A DNA stretch of 64,000 bases from the human T2T-CHM13v2.0 reference genome, Homo sapiens. The notes beneath the pieces were generated by a model. The model searched no databases and was not told the DNA's origin. It saw nothing but the letters and a program-made list of their open reading frames with translations. Shown piece after piece: positions 50,111-62,175 of the stretch; the stretch's first letter is position 1; each line of letters starts with the position of its first letter. The translations under genes and the position numbers were made by a program. The stretch lies in NCBI RefSeq assembly GCF_009914755.1, contig NC_060936.1. One strand, written 5' to 3'.

Positions 50111-50197
50111 GCCATTGAACTCCAAATGCAACCAGAGCTTCAAATGATGGCCCATTTTTACCAGCGATCCTTAGATAGGCCTCTGAGGGACATCTGA
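50111..50197 (+). pseudogene. env cytoplasmic-tail remnant
   Basis: Translates AIELQMQPELQMMAHFYQRSLDRPLRDI*, resembling the HERV-W/syncytin-1 tail AVKLQMEPKMQSKTKIYRRPLDRP; lies just upstream of the PPT. Confidence 0.7.
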
Positions 50198-50313
50198 CTG
50201 CCATTTTCTCAAAACAGTGCCCCTTGTCAGCAGCAAGTGGTCAAGATCAGTCTTCCTCCTTTTCCTTATCTTTATTCTAATGGTAATTAAATGTACTTCT
50301 TTAGAGGAGGGAA

Positions 50314-50767
50314 TGATAGAGGCAGGAGATAGCCAAATGCCTAAACAAATAGGGAAGGGTCCCCGGAGAACCTCCAACCCACTGATGTCATTGTGCACAG
50401 GGGGCTTGCCTAAACATGCCCACAGTGAAAAATTCCATCCCTTAACACATGTGCAGTAAGGGAAATCAGTCAATGTGCAGTGGCTCAGACTAATGGCCCG
50501 CATGCCCACTGGAAGAATGAGGTGGAGCCACCATCGTTCCTTAGGCAGGGGAGGAGGCTGGCCTCTTCAGCTTGCATGTAGTGGCCTGGTATTCAATTTG
50601 TGAGGTGAAAACTTACATGCAGGACCCCTCTCTTTGTTGGGAGCTTTCCTTTTGCTTAATAAAATTTGTCCTCCTTACCTTTTAGTGTGTCCATGTGCGT
50701 AATTTTTCCTCGTTGTGAGACAAGAACCCAGATTTAGCTGAGCTGAGGAGCAAAAAATCCTGCATCA
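50314..50767 (+). mobile_element. 3' LTR (MER66-like), complete
   Basis: TGATAGAGGCAGGAGATAGCCAAATGCC...AATAAA...AAAAAATCCTGCATCA. Confidence 0.88.
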
Positions 50768-51694
50768 ATAGAACAGATATTATTATTTATATTTCACAGA
50801 TCAGAAAACTAAGGCCCAGAGAATTTAAGTAATTTCTGTACCTAGGGTCACAATGTATCAGTTCAGGGCTCACATTCCCTAAAGTGCCTTCAGATAGTGC
50901 CTAAATCACAAATCAAAACTTCTGTCATTCTCATTCTTTGCATTCCTTTGAAAGAAAGCAGGAAGAAAATACCTCTTTCAAATTGAGGAAGCTCAGCGGT
51001 CTTCTGTTTACAGTCATCCAAGATGGGCAACATAAAACTCTAGTTGTAGTCATGCACATAATGGTCTCTGTAAACAGTGCTTCCTGGATTTTTGTACAGG
51101 GCACATCCTGCACATCCACATGAGGAATATATGAAGCAACTACTTTTACTCATGCAAAAGCCTAAGTCAGAAGCAGAAAGCTGCAGCAGCAACAGAATCG
51201 ACATCCTGATTTCCATTTCATTGTGTGGTTTCACAGTAAAGAAAGGAAAAAAAGATGAAATCAAACAAAAGCAACTTTTAGAGAAAATCTGTCACTCAAG
51301 TTAAATTTTCTCTTACTTGAAATTCACCCTGTGTATATTCAATTGAATAGAATGACATTTGATTGAACTGACTGGGAAAGAAACTGACAAGATACATCCG
51401 GATTCAGGCTCTCAAATTTGGTTTATTGTTTAGTGCAGCAACCCCTGAAATTAAATGAACACATACAGGAGTCTCATCATAATGCTATCTGTGGAATCCT
51501 GTTATAGGGAGACAGTGCTATTACAAAGTCCTCCCACAGTTAAACTCCCAAGATGGACTTGATATTCTGCAAAATAGCACAATGGATTTAAGTGAGACTG
51601 GAGCTTATTTTTTTCCCATTTTTTCACTTAAATTAGAAATCTTGTAATTGGATTTTAAAAAGCTCCTTGTGAAGTAATTATGTGTAATCTATTT

Positions 51695-51774
51695 TCAAGT
51701 ATTCTTTCTGAGTAAACCTGTAAGAGACAGAAAGTCAAGTATTCTTGCTGAATAAACCTGTAAGAGACAGAAAG
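51695..51774. repeat. 40-bp tandem duplication (2 copies, 2 mismatches)
   Basis: TCAAGTATTCTTTCTGAGTAAACCTGTAAGAGACAGAAAG / TCAAGTATTCTTGCTGAATAAACCTGTAAGAGACAGAAAG. Confidence 0.92.
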
Positions 51775-52992
51775 AGATATCTCATACCTTTCCTTTCTTA
51801 ACTGCTACACAGTTCTCTTTGAAACTGTTTCCAATAATGAGTCATTTAAAAGAGAAAATGGGCCTTTTTAGCTTTTGAAAACTTAATGGGAAACACGAGA
51901 CAAGAAAAGGAGGCCTAATGTTTAGCCAGAGGTAAAATGTAGAGGGTTATATGAGTTTTACATAGTATCATTAGAAATGCTATCAGAAATAATTAAGCCA
52001 ACAAAATCTTAAGCATCTATTAGTGTTCAGACATAACGACAACATACATATGTAGCTGTCATGACAAAACAGCAAATAATTCAAAAATTAATTTTGTAAG
52101 AGTTATCACAGAAGCAATTCACACACACACACAAGCCCTGAATATAAAAGGTGACCACTACTGGGGCGTTTATAGTAAAATACTTGAAATGACTGACAGT
52201 GAAATAGCACTGAAATAGATTGTTTGTGTACTCCAGAAAACAACATTTTAAAATGTAATTTGAGTGTGTTTCCTAATGCTTTCAAAGTAGAAAAGAAAAT
52301 GTTTTCCATAAGAGTTCACCAGCATACACTGACAACAGTGATTAGATAATATCCTTCTGCTATTTAACAACACAGAAATTATGAGGAGTCATTTAATCCC
52401 TCAGATTGCTTAGCTGTGACACTTTTGATGTACAGTACTAGAGATTTAACTATCAGCCAGAAAACAAAAAGATTAACACGACATTTGCCCATCAAATCAC
52501 AATCACAATCGTGTTCCATTTGCCAGACTATTCTCTAACAGCTGATATTCAGCATCTCTACGTAAGGATAAGTTACTCAATCAACAAAAATCAAACTCAG
52601 ATACTACCAAGTGTGTCTATGTAGTATATATTAAATCCTGCAATGATTCCTTTAATAAGCAATGTCTTGGTTGCTTGCTGCATCCCAGGCACTATTACAC
52701 AACAAGATAACTGAGAGGAAGAGATTAGGCTTGCAGAAGTTAGAAAGACAGCAAACATATAAGCAATTACAAAGGAAAGCAACAGGAGTGTGGCAGCTAA
52801 GTCTGTCTATGGGGGTCAGGAGAGACTTGGCAGAGGCAGGCACTGTGAAGGAAAGCTATGGGGTATTTTTCTGTGTCTCAAATCATTTCACAAAAAAAAG
52901 AGGATTTGAAAATGGGTTCCAGATAATCACCTCATTGGCAACTTTAAATCCATGTAAAATATTTTCAATTCAAACTATAAAATGTCAGTCTC

Positions 52993-53073
52993 ATATATAT
53001 ATGTATACACACACATATATATATACACATATATATACACACACACATATATATACACATATATGTATATATA
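52993..53073. repeat. Compound (TA)n/(CA)n microsatellite
   Basis: Directly visible. Confidence 0.9.
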
Positions 53074-53616
53074 TTAAGATTAAATATTTAATATCACTTA
53101 CTCTTTGTTGAACCCTGATTTAAGTCCCTTTGGGGAGTTTGGCTTTGGGAAAACTTTCCTTCAAAACAATCGCACCAACAGTAATCTTGTAATAACATCT
53201 CAATGTTCACACACTTAATATTATGGTGGAAATATTAATTAGTCAAGAGATTTTGATAATTTAAATTTAAGTATATGAATAGGGAAAGGCCAGGGGAAGA
53301 AGGAGTAAAGTCCAACCTCAGAGACAAATGAGAGGTTTGTAGGAGAACGGTGCATTTAAAGAACTGTACAAAGGAACTTGGGTGTGATGGGTTAGTAGCA
53401 CAGGCACAGTGTATATGAAGAAGTGGACAGAGGCCAGCTAATGGAATGCCATTTACGTTTGATACAGAGTATAGGTTTCCTATGAGGTTTACAATGAGGA
53501 GCTATGAAAGAATTTTAAATTGTTGTATGTAAAAATCACATGGGCCTGAGAACATTTTTCAGATAAAAAAGCAAATTTTGTATTTAAAGGGAATGAAACT
53601 AGCATAAAATCACTAC

Positions 53617-54150
53617 TGGTAAGTGATTGGAAAAAAAAAAAAAAAGACCCAATTCTTCGTCTTTTTCAATATCTAACCTTGCAATGTGACTTTGCAGCAA
53701 CTTCCATCAAGAAGCGGAGTCTCTCCACTTCAGGGATATGAGCTGGCCCTGCTTTAAAAGAAAGAATGTGGCCAAAGTAATTGTGTGCCAGTTCTGAACC
53801 CGGGCCTCCCGATACTCATTTTCTCAGAACCCTGCTTTTGCTATGAGAACAAGCCATACTAGCTTGCTGGAGGATCAGACACCACTTGGTTCTCAAGCCA
53901 AGTTGTTCCAGTAAGACCATCCTAGACCAGTTTTCAGCCAGATACTCTCAATACATTTGAGAAAATCTAGACAACCTCAGCAGAACTGCCTGCAAAACCA
54001 CAGATACCAATAGATATGGGAGTGAGTCCAGCCAAGACCAGCAGACCCTCCCAGCTGACCCGCAGACTTGGGAGCAATCATAGATGCTTATTGTTTTATG
54101 CCATCATGTTTTGGGGTGGCATGTTGCATAGCAGTAGATAACTGCTATAA
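53617..54150 (+). mobile_element. MLT1G/H-type MaLR solo LTR
   Basis: GCAATGTGACTTTGCAGC...CCATCAAGAAG...TGCCAGTTCTGA...CCCAGCTGACCCGCAGAC...GCTTATTGTTTTATGCCA...TTTTGGGGTGG...GCAGTAGATAACTG. Confidence 0.8.
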
Positions 54151-54779
54151 CACCCTAACAAATCTTCCCTGATGCATTATGGGTAAACACAAAGACAGAA
54201 AATTGTACTTCCAGTTGAAAATCAAACATAAACCCTTAGAATACAAACCGATTGAAGTCTGTCTTCTGAAAAATACTCAGGCATTACTGAAGTTCATAAT
54301 TATCAATATGATCTACCCTTATCAAAACAGTAAGCTTCTTTTTGGAGCATGTTCCTCCCTATTCTTCAAAATCTCCCCATTTTACTTTCAGCCAATTCTC
54401 TCTCCAGTGCTGCCATGCAGCTCCAGTGCTTCATGGAATTTTTCTGGATTCTTAAGCTAAGTTGCTAAAAACTCAGTTTATTACCCCTCCCAGAAGGGTT
54501 ATCATTTGAAAAGAAGGTAAAACTTACTACTTATATTTTATTCACAGCACCTAAAACAGTTTTGGTGCAGAGTAGAAACACAAAAATATTTGTTAATGAA
54601 TTAATGGATCTCTCTCCCTTATTACCCTTCCCTGTTAAAACTGCTCTCCATTTTCAAAGCTATTTCTAATCTCTACCCCTCCCTAGATTCATAAACATTA
54701 ATCTATTTTACTTGCCCTCCGAGTCAGGCTATACCCTTTCAATGTCATGTATACTAACTCCCTACTATTTACCACTATG

Positions 54780-54980
54780 GATGTTAAAGTCTTGGCTCTG
54801 CTACTGACTATATGACACTAGGGAAATTACCTATCCTTTCTATGCCCCAATTTTCTTATTACAAAATGGTAATAACAATATTGCCTGTCTCAAGTAACAG
54901 TAAATTAAATAATATATGTAAAATATATAGAAAGAACTTGTGTCAGAGTTAAGTACTCAAAAGAGGCTAGCCATTTTTTA
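54780..54980 (+). mobile_element. MIR SINE fossil
   Basis: TCTTGGCTCTGCTACTGACTATATGACACTAGGGAAATTACC...TATGCCCCAATTTTCTTATTACAAAATGG. Confidence 0.65.
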
Positions 54981-55749
54981 AATCTTGCCTATCTTCATAC
55001 AAAGATGATGCCAGCTATTCATTTTCACCCCTGCTCTGTCCAGATTGCAACACTGATGGACAGTGACACATCTCTACCCATTAAATGCTCTATATTGTGC
55101 CTTTACTATCTTTTGGGCTCTCAATGTCTAGAATCACCAAAGTTTGTTTCTGATATTTTCTGCTCTCATTAGGAAGAGCAGAAAACCCAAGTCCATCCCT
55201 TGTAAACCGAATAGATAAATCCTGTCTTCTGAAGACCTGTGTATGTCATTCTCTCAGCCCAGAGGCCTTTAAACATTATTTCCCTTGGCCCCACTTTTGA
55301 ATTTCTCTCTAGCTTCTCTCATCCTTGTTCATTTATCTCATTGAACAGAAGTATATATTCCTTTCTCACACTAACACTTCCATTTAATATTCCCATCCTC
55401 ACCTATTCTTCCTCCAGGATGTTGATCTATTCCTTTTTTAAATCAATTTCTCTTTCTCCACTGACTGTTTGCCCTTGGCCAATAAACTCTTCTGGCCTCT
55501 CCTGCCAGAAAAAATATTTTCACTTAGTCTGCCACTAAGGTTACTCATTTGCTTTCCTTTCAGCCACACAATTCTAAAAAAAAGGTGATTTAAATATAAC
55601 AGCTGCACACATTTCTCTCTTATTTAGTACATGTACCAGCTGGCCCAGACGCTTTTATGTCATATATGATATGAATCTATTATTTTCCATCAACATGATT
55701 CTTATGCAATTGAAGAGCAAACAGAACTGTCATATCTTCTGCAATGAAA

Positions 55750-55885
55750 GAACCACCATTTAACAAATAGTTACCATTAGATTCTGTGCTAAGCTCCTTG
55801 AATGTATTAACTCATTGAATCTTCACAACAATCCTATAAGGTAGACAGTGAAAGCATTTCCATTTTACAAATAAATAAGGATGCT
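55750..55885 (-). mobile_element. MIR SINE fossil
   Basis: ACTCATTGAATCTTCACAACAATCCTATAAGGTAG...TCCATTTTACAAATAA. Confidence 0.75.
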
Positions 55886-55984
55886 GAACTTAATTTTTTC
55901 TCATTTATCTGTTTATGATCTTGGAGCTAAAACTTAACTAAATCTCAGTAGCTCAGGCACAAACTGTTAATCACCCATGTGCTA

Positions 55985-57165
55985 ATCATTACTCTGATGA
56001 TTGCTCTTTGACTCATGAGCTATCATACTACCAACACTGCTCTGTTGAAGGTCACCAAAGGCCTAACTCCAAGTGCTTCTTCCCTGTTATAACCCCGTAA
56101 GATTTACTATGGAACTTCTTCCTTACTCTGCATACATTATGTGTTGCTTTCCGTCTAAATATGGATACTCCTTCCTTCATGGATTACTGTGTTTTACTCC
56201 TACACTTTTTACCTCTCTCTTTCCCTGCCTCATATTGCAGCATAGATACAAAATACTGTTATTTCTCTTGTATTAAGAAAATTACATTCCTTTTTCATTC
56301 TGCTTCATTGGCATAGCCACTACCTTACTTTTCTTTTTCACTTCCCATTGAAAAAGAAGTCTATATATGCTAGTTCCACTTTCAAATTTTTTATTCACTC
56401 CCCAACCCACTGAAATCTCAATTCTACAAGCATTCCATTGAAACTGCTCTTTCCAAGGCCAACAATAATCTCTAATTACAAATCCAATAAAACCTGTTCA
56501 GTCCTTATCTAACATGATCTGTCTAAATGTTTCATTGGCACTTTAAACTCAATAGACTTAAAAAATGAACTCATTGTTTTTGCCACCTGCCCCTCACCCT
56601 GCTTTACCTCCAAGTTTTTCTCTCATGTTTAGCTGAATTTCTGTTTTTCCATTTTAGTAGGCTCAGGACCTCCTGTAGTTTTCTTCCTCGTCTTCCTTTC
56701 ATTCACCAATCATTTCACCCATCATTTCACCCATCTCATTTCAACCTTTGCAAAAACCTTCATTAGAGGCTCTTAATTCTGGATGCATGCTAGAATCACC
56801 TGGGGAACTGTTTTAGAAATGCCTATGCACAGACCCTAATCCCAGACCGATTTAGAGAATCTCAGAAAGTTAGTTGGGGATGGACGTTTTCTAAGGCTTC
56901 TCAAGTAATTGAAATTGCAACCAGGCTTGAGAGTCATAGTTTCACATTTTTGTCAGTCATATAGTCCAAACTCAGACTCTCAACAACTCTCTCCTAGATT
57001 ATTTTAATACTTTCTAATTTCTTTGCATGCCCACAACCTCTCTTCTTTAAGACTTTCAAATACATTTTTGCTAAAATCTGTAAAACACAGCTTTACGGAA
57101 CATGCACTGCCCTGCCATGTTCACATAACTTCTAGAATAAAATTCAATTGCTTTGCATAACAAGC
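55985..57165 (+). mobile_element. L2 LINE fragments (interrupted by MER5)
   Basis: TTCCATTGAAACTGCTCTTTCCAAGGCCAACAATAATCTCTAATTACAAATCCAAT...GGCACTTTAAACTCAATAG...AATGAACTCATTG; boundaries approximate. Confidence 0.65.
56763..56938. mobile_element. MER5-type hAT-Charlie DNA transposon fossil
   Basis: CTGGATGCATGCTAGAATCACCTGGGGAACTG...CCCAGACC...CAAGTAATT...GCAACCAGGCTTGAGAGTCA. Confidence 0.75.
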
Positions 57166-57591
57166 CCATCCAGGAAAATGCTTAAGGTAAAGTGCATACC
57201 ATTTAGTAACTTGCAATATATTGGAGAAAAACAAATATAAAAAATCAAAATAAATACGAAATGTTCATAAATCTATGTACCCACTTTCCCATTGGTTAGC
57301 ATAGTGCCATAAAAACAGGGGCATGGAGAAAATATCTTCTGAAATAATTTGAAAGACCATTTTTAAGACTAAGCTTCAGCTAACCCCAAAATTCAATCTA
57401 GTCAAACATGCTTGTGTCTAGTAGGAATTCAATTATTGTCAGTTAATTGCCAAATAATTGTAATGTCTATACTACTTTTCCCAATCTCACACAGTGCAAG
57501 TTAAAGCAATGAGAAAGAAATCTCCAAGAAATCTAAATATATTTATTTCAATGTTTTCTTCCCAAAGCATTATATATACAAAACAAGGACA

Positions 57592-57785
57592 GGAAGGAAG
57601 GAAGGAAGGAAGGAAGGAAGGAAGGAAGGAAGGAAGGAAGGAAGGAAGGAAGGGAGGGAAGAAGGGAGGGAGGGAGGAAGGGGGGAGAGTGGGGTAGGGG
57701 AGGGAGCAAAGGGAGGGGATGGGAGGGGAGGGGGGAGGGAGGGAGGGGTGGAGGGAGGGGAATTAAGGTAGGAAGGAAAAAAGAA
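57592..57785 (+). repeat. (GGAA)15 microsatellite (57592-57651) followed by a G-rich polypurine tract
   Basis: Counted directly from the sequence. Confidence 0.95.
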
Positions 57786-58439
57786 AGACCCTTACTTTGA
57801 TAGAAATAATAACATTCTACCATGAGTTCTCTATGTGGGTAGCAGGGACAGAAGATACTCAGTATATGTCTCTCCAAACTTTTCACTTTCTCCAAGCAGA
57901 GTGTCCAGTGTCATCCTAATTCTCCCCATTAAATTAGTGGGTCAAAGTGAGAAAGGGCTGGATAAGGAACAAATACAATTTGATTTCTTTGTTTCTTTGC
58001 ATCGCCCTTTCATATGGATACATTATCTATGAATTGAGAAAATGATCAAAACTTGGAAAAGATCAAGTCTCATTTAATCACTCAATTAATTACTATGCTA
58101 TTAGTGATTATTATCGAAAGTCACAGTCGAATTGTATAGCATTGGTTGTAAATGGTGCAAGTATTGTTATGGGAAATAAAGAATAAAATCAAAATTTCTT
58201 TTTATTTTAATCAGATGCAGATTCTCAGATCTCTTCCTACCCGTTAAAAACAACAGCATATTTGAAATCACATATAGTACACTCTGATGTTAAAACTGGA
58301 AGTTTCTATTGTGTTAAGGCAACAAGAGTGTATAAAAAATAAAGTAAAATAAAACTATAGGATATTATTCCAAAAATAGAGGACTTTAAAAGAATTATCA
58401 CAAATCAGTCACTCATTGGCCCATAGTCTCACACTGTAA

Positions 58440-58490
58440 TCTCATCCATGTTCCAGCATATTACAATGGATGGACACCAATTGTAAAAGG

Positions 58491-58530
<40 letters not shown>

Positions 58531-58740
58531 TCATGTGAAAACTAGTGAGATCTGAATTAGGTCTCTATTGAGTTAATAGCATTATACCAATGTCGATTTC
58601 CTGGTTTTGACAATGTTATATGGTTTTGTAAAATGTTATCACTGGGTAACATGGGTAAAGTTTTCAAAGAAACCCTCTGTGCTATTTTTTGTAGCTTCCT
58701 GTGAGTCTTAATCTTTAAAAATAAAAAGTTTTAAAAAAAC
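58440..58740 (+). mobile_element. Old L1M (L1MC/MD-like) 3' end containing a (CA)n microsatellite (~58495-58526)
   Basis: GTGAGATCTGAATTAGGTCT...TATACCAATGTCGATTTCCTGGTTTTGACAATG...GCTTCCTGTGAGTCT...AAATAAAAAG. Confidence 0.75.
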
Positions 58741-61700
58741 TTTAAAAGTTAAATTATAGTCATATTTGTGATTTTAATATTTTCATACATATTTTGAAAG
58801 ATAAAGAGATCATTATCTTTAACAATTTTCATAAAATGAATTTTACATATTGCTAGCAAATTATGCCAGTGGTACTCATAGTCAAGATGGGCAAGTAGCG
58901 TAAGTGTTAAGTATATCTATTTCAATTGTATCCTAGCAAAGAAGCATTCATATATTGGAACCTTGTGTAAACGGCAAGATTTGCCATGGATCTTTATTTT
59001 AAAAAAAAAGATTGAAGAATTTATGTCATCTTCCCCAGGAATTCAGAGGTTTCCCTGGATAATAACTGAAATGCTTTTAAAATAAAACACAGAAAACAGA
59101 TCTATATATGTAATTTATGAAAGAGAGTCCATTTTATATCCCAATTTTATTCACCTTTTCTGAATAGTCACAACATTAATCTACTGGGGATAATCTAGTT
59201 AGTATATTTGAAATTCCATGTTTTTTTTCTATTATATGCATGTATTACACTTGTATATAATACAGAGTTTCCAGTGTTGATTTAAAGAACATAGTTTAAA
59301 AAATGAGAAGCATGATGTATAATTTCAAATCTCAAACAAACCTAGGACAAATTCATAATTTCCAAAAAGTATAGTTTTTCACTTGGTTACAAAGAAATTA
59401 ATGATATTCTAATTGATGCAGAAACCCCAGGGCAACTTTTTTTTTATAATTTCATATAGTCTTGAGCCATTGTGAAAATCCACTCAAAGCCATCTAATTC
59501 ATTTTATGCATGATTAAAATGGAGGCAGAAAGCCATTTCATTCCATGAACTTATGAGACAGTGGATTTTAGTTCAATGTGAGATACATACTTTTCAGATT
59601 TTATTTTTAACCAATTTTACATTTTTAGTTGCTCTTCCCAGGAAAGTGTCTGAGTAGTGTTTTGGCCTTTGAATATTGTCACAAACTAATAGACCAAAGC
59701 TCCCCAGGATATATGGGCCTCCATCCTGGAAACCAACGTATGTCTAACTGACCACGTCAGTGAGTTTTTAGAATACAAAGTATTTCCATACCTTCTTCCA
59801 TACCACCTTCCATGATGGAAATTCTAACAGGACAATTTTTGAAGCATCTTCTGAACAGCCTAAAATGAGTAAAACACAGAAATCCTTCTCCTTGCATTCC
59901 TTCAAACTATAGGTTTACACAATATTGTTACAGAATGGCTATGCACTTTTCTTTCTTCTCTCCCTTCATATCACAAATGAAACAAAATAAATGTAGTACA
60001 AAATTATACATTCTATAACTTAGAAAAAAAAAGTACATACATGTTTAAGGCCTTTAAATATTTATGACTTTCCTGTAGAACCAAAACCATAAACGTTAAA
60101 ATCGCTACAAAAATGTCACAAAATATTGGCCTAACAAATTGTTTGAATAGGAAAACTGTAAGCAAATATTTATAAATTTGAGACTGAGGAAAATGAACAA
60201 TTTTTTCTATCAACAGATTGAACAAATATATAAGCATTCAAACAGTCATTGGGATCAAGCAAAAGAAAGTCTTTTAAAATGAGATAGGACAGTTTTTTAA
60301 AAAATACTGGAAGAAATCTAAGTGAATAATGTTCAAGCTAAGAAATCAGAAACTCACATGCATCCCTGTCAATTTTTTTGAAACTGAAGGCTACCCATTA
60401 ACTTGACTGCTCACTGCTGATTTCTGTGAAGGGAATAAGTAAACATAAAAAATTAAAGAAAAGCTCACTTAAAAAAAAACAGAAAGGGAGAGTGCTCTAG
60501 AGGTACAAAGTATTATATAATGAAAATGGCAATCCAGTTCTAACTACTACCTATTTGACAAAGAGCTTCAGCAGGGTGTTGTTAGCCTTAGGGAAATATG
60601 TCAGCTTGTCTATACATTCTTATATGATTGATTTATTCAGATAACTATTACTTGCCAACATTATTACCAATGGATATATATTTCCATTCCTTTAACAAAA
60701 GCAACTTTAAGATGTTAAAACATGTAGGCTTTCTGAGCTCCAAGATTAGGATATAAATAAAATTGTCTCAGTCTACACCATGCCAGAGGAAAAGTTCTCA
60801 AAGGAAATGTCATTAAAGCCATGTGTAGTCCCACTAGCAAATGAACATAGGACCCAGGAACACATCCAGGACAGAAGGACAGTGCACTTGGGATACAGCT
60901 TGCAGAAACAAGAAAAGTAGTCACATCTGGAGCCAATAACTCAAAAGGTGACTGTCTCTAACATCACCCTGAAAAAAACAACTCTTCACCAGCTCCTCAG
61001 ACAGTGACTTCAAATTCTTTTAACAATTTACAAGTTGAACACAGTTCAAATCTGCTGAAATCTTCATGACATGCAAGTTCATGTCTGACTTTTAAAAAGT
61101 CTTGATTTCAAGAAGAGGCCATGAAATCCCTTGGAAATAGACTATTGAGCGCCTCTTTCAAGTGGTATAAAAATCTTCAAGATCACCTCAGGAGTTGAGT
61201 TAAGTTTCTATGCGCATGTTCAATGTCATCAGCCTTGAGGATCACTTGATTTCTCCTGGGTTAATGGGTTACCTACAAAGGAAGGAGAAAATCTAGTCAA
61301 CATTTCATAACATACCGATAATCTTAAAACTAAACACAATTAAAAATTAATAGATAACTCAAAATGCTGGTGTTTGCTATATCAAATGCATTACTTAATT
61401 TTAAAGGACTAACAGATGCAGGTATTTCCATCATATAAAAATATACTTTTTTTCTCATTATCATCTCACAATATTTTTAAAGCCATTTGCACAATTATCC
61501 AAGTGAATACAACTGTGACTAGAATTATCCCAACTGGTGACAACAATATCCCTCTCACACCCAGAGAGTGATTCTGGAATCCTTGTTTTTTTGCACAGGC
61601 TTGGTAGCCATAACCCAAATATCACAAACACATCATACTAGGCCTCAGTGAAGAAAGACCTTTGTCCCCAGCAACACAGTCACATCATATTCTCAAAAAG

Positions 61701-62077
61701 CCCTTGGGGATTGGTTCCATAAAGTTCATTTTTGAAATAGTTTAAAAATTGAGGGTTTATTTGAGTCAATTATATTTGAAAAATTATATTTGAAAAAAAT
61801 CTGTTTATGGGGGACAAAAATATCTGAGGAAAGAAACAATAAGGAATAGAAAAATGTTGTACCAAATGTTAAAGGTGCCCCAAAATTTTCATAAAATTGA
61901 TTGGAATATACTATTAATGCTATTTTAAGTATCACTAAAAACATTCATACTAACTTCACACCTACTAAAGTCCAAAGACCATTTGTGTACAGGAAAAAAG
62001 AATAATAAACAGATAGAATACCTGATACATATATACATACATATCTACGTATGCATAGATACAGAGGAAAACACACA

Positions 62078-62175
62078 GGGAGAGGGAGAAGAAGAGAGAG
62101 GGAGAAGGAGGGGAGAGGAAAAGAGATTTTGAGAGAGAGAGAGGATAGAGGGAGAAAGAGGGGAGAGGAGAAGAG
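62078..62175. repeat. GA-rich low-complexity tract
   Basis: Directly visible. Confidence 0.8.

Larger units (their letters stand above)
44728..50767 (+). mobile_element. Non-autonomous ERV1 provirus with MER66-like LTRs, inserted into a minus-strand MIR
   Basis: Homologous LTRs 44728-45122 and 50314-50767, PPT AGAGGAGGGAA (50303-50313), perfect 4-bp TSD ATAG (44724-44727, 50768-50771); MIR halves on both sides. Confidence 0.9.

Noticed and set aside
52662-53111. 149-aa plus-strand ORF
   Set aside because: Extended by read-through of a stop-free (TA/CA) microsatellite; no recognisable homology.
57494-57895. Repetitive EGRK / PSFL ORFs
   Set aside because: Translation of the GGAA microsatellite.
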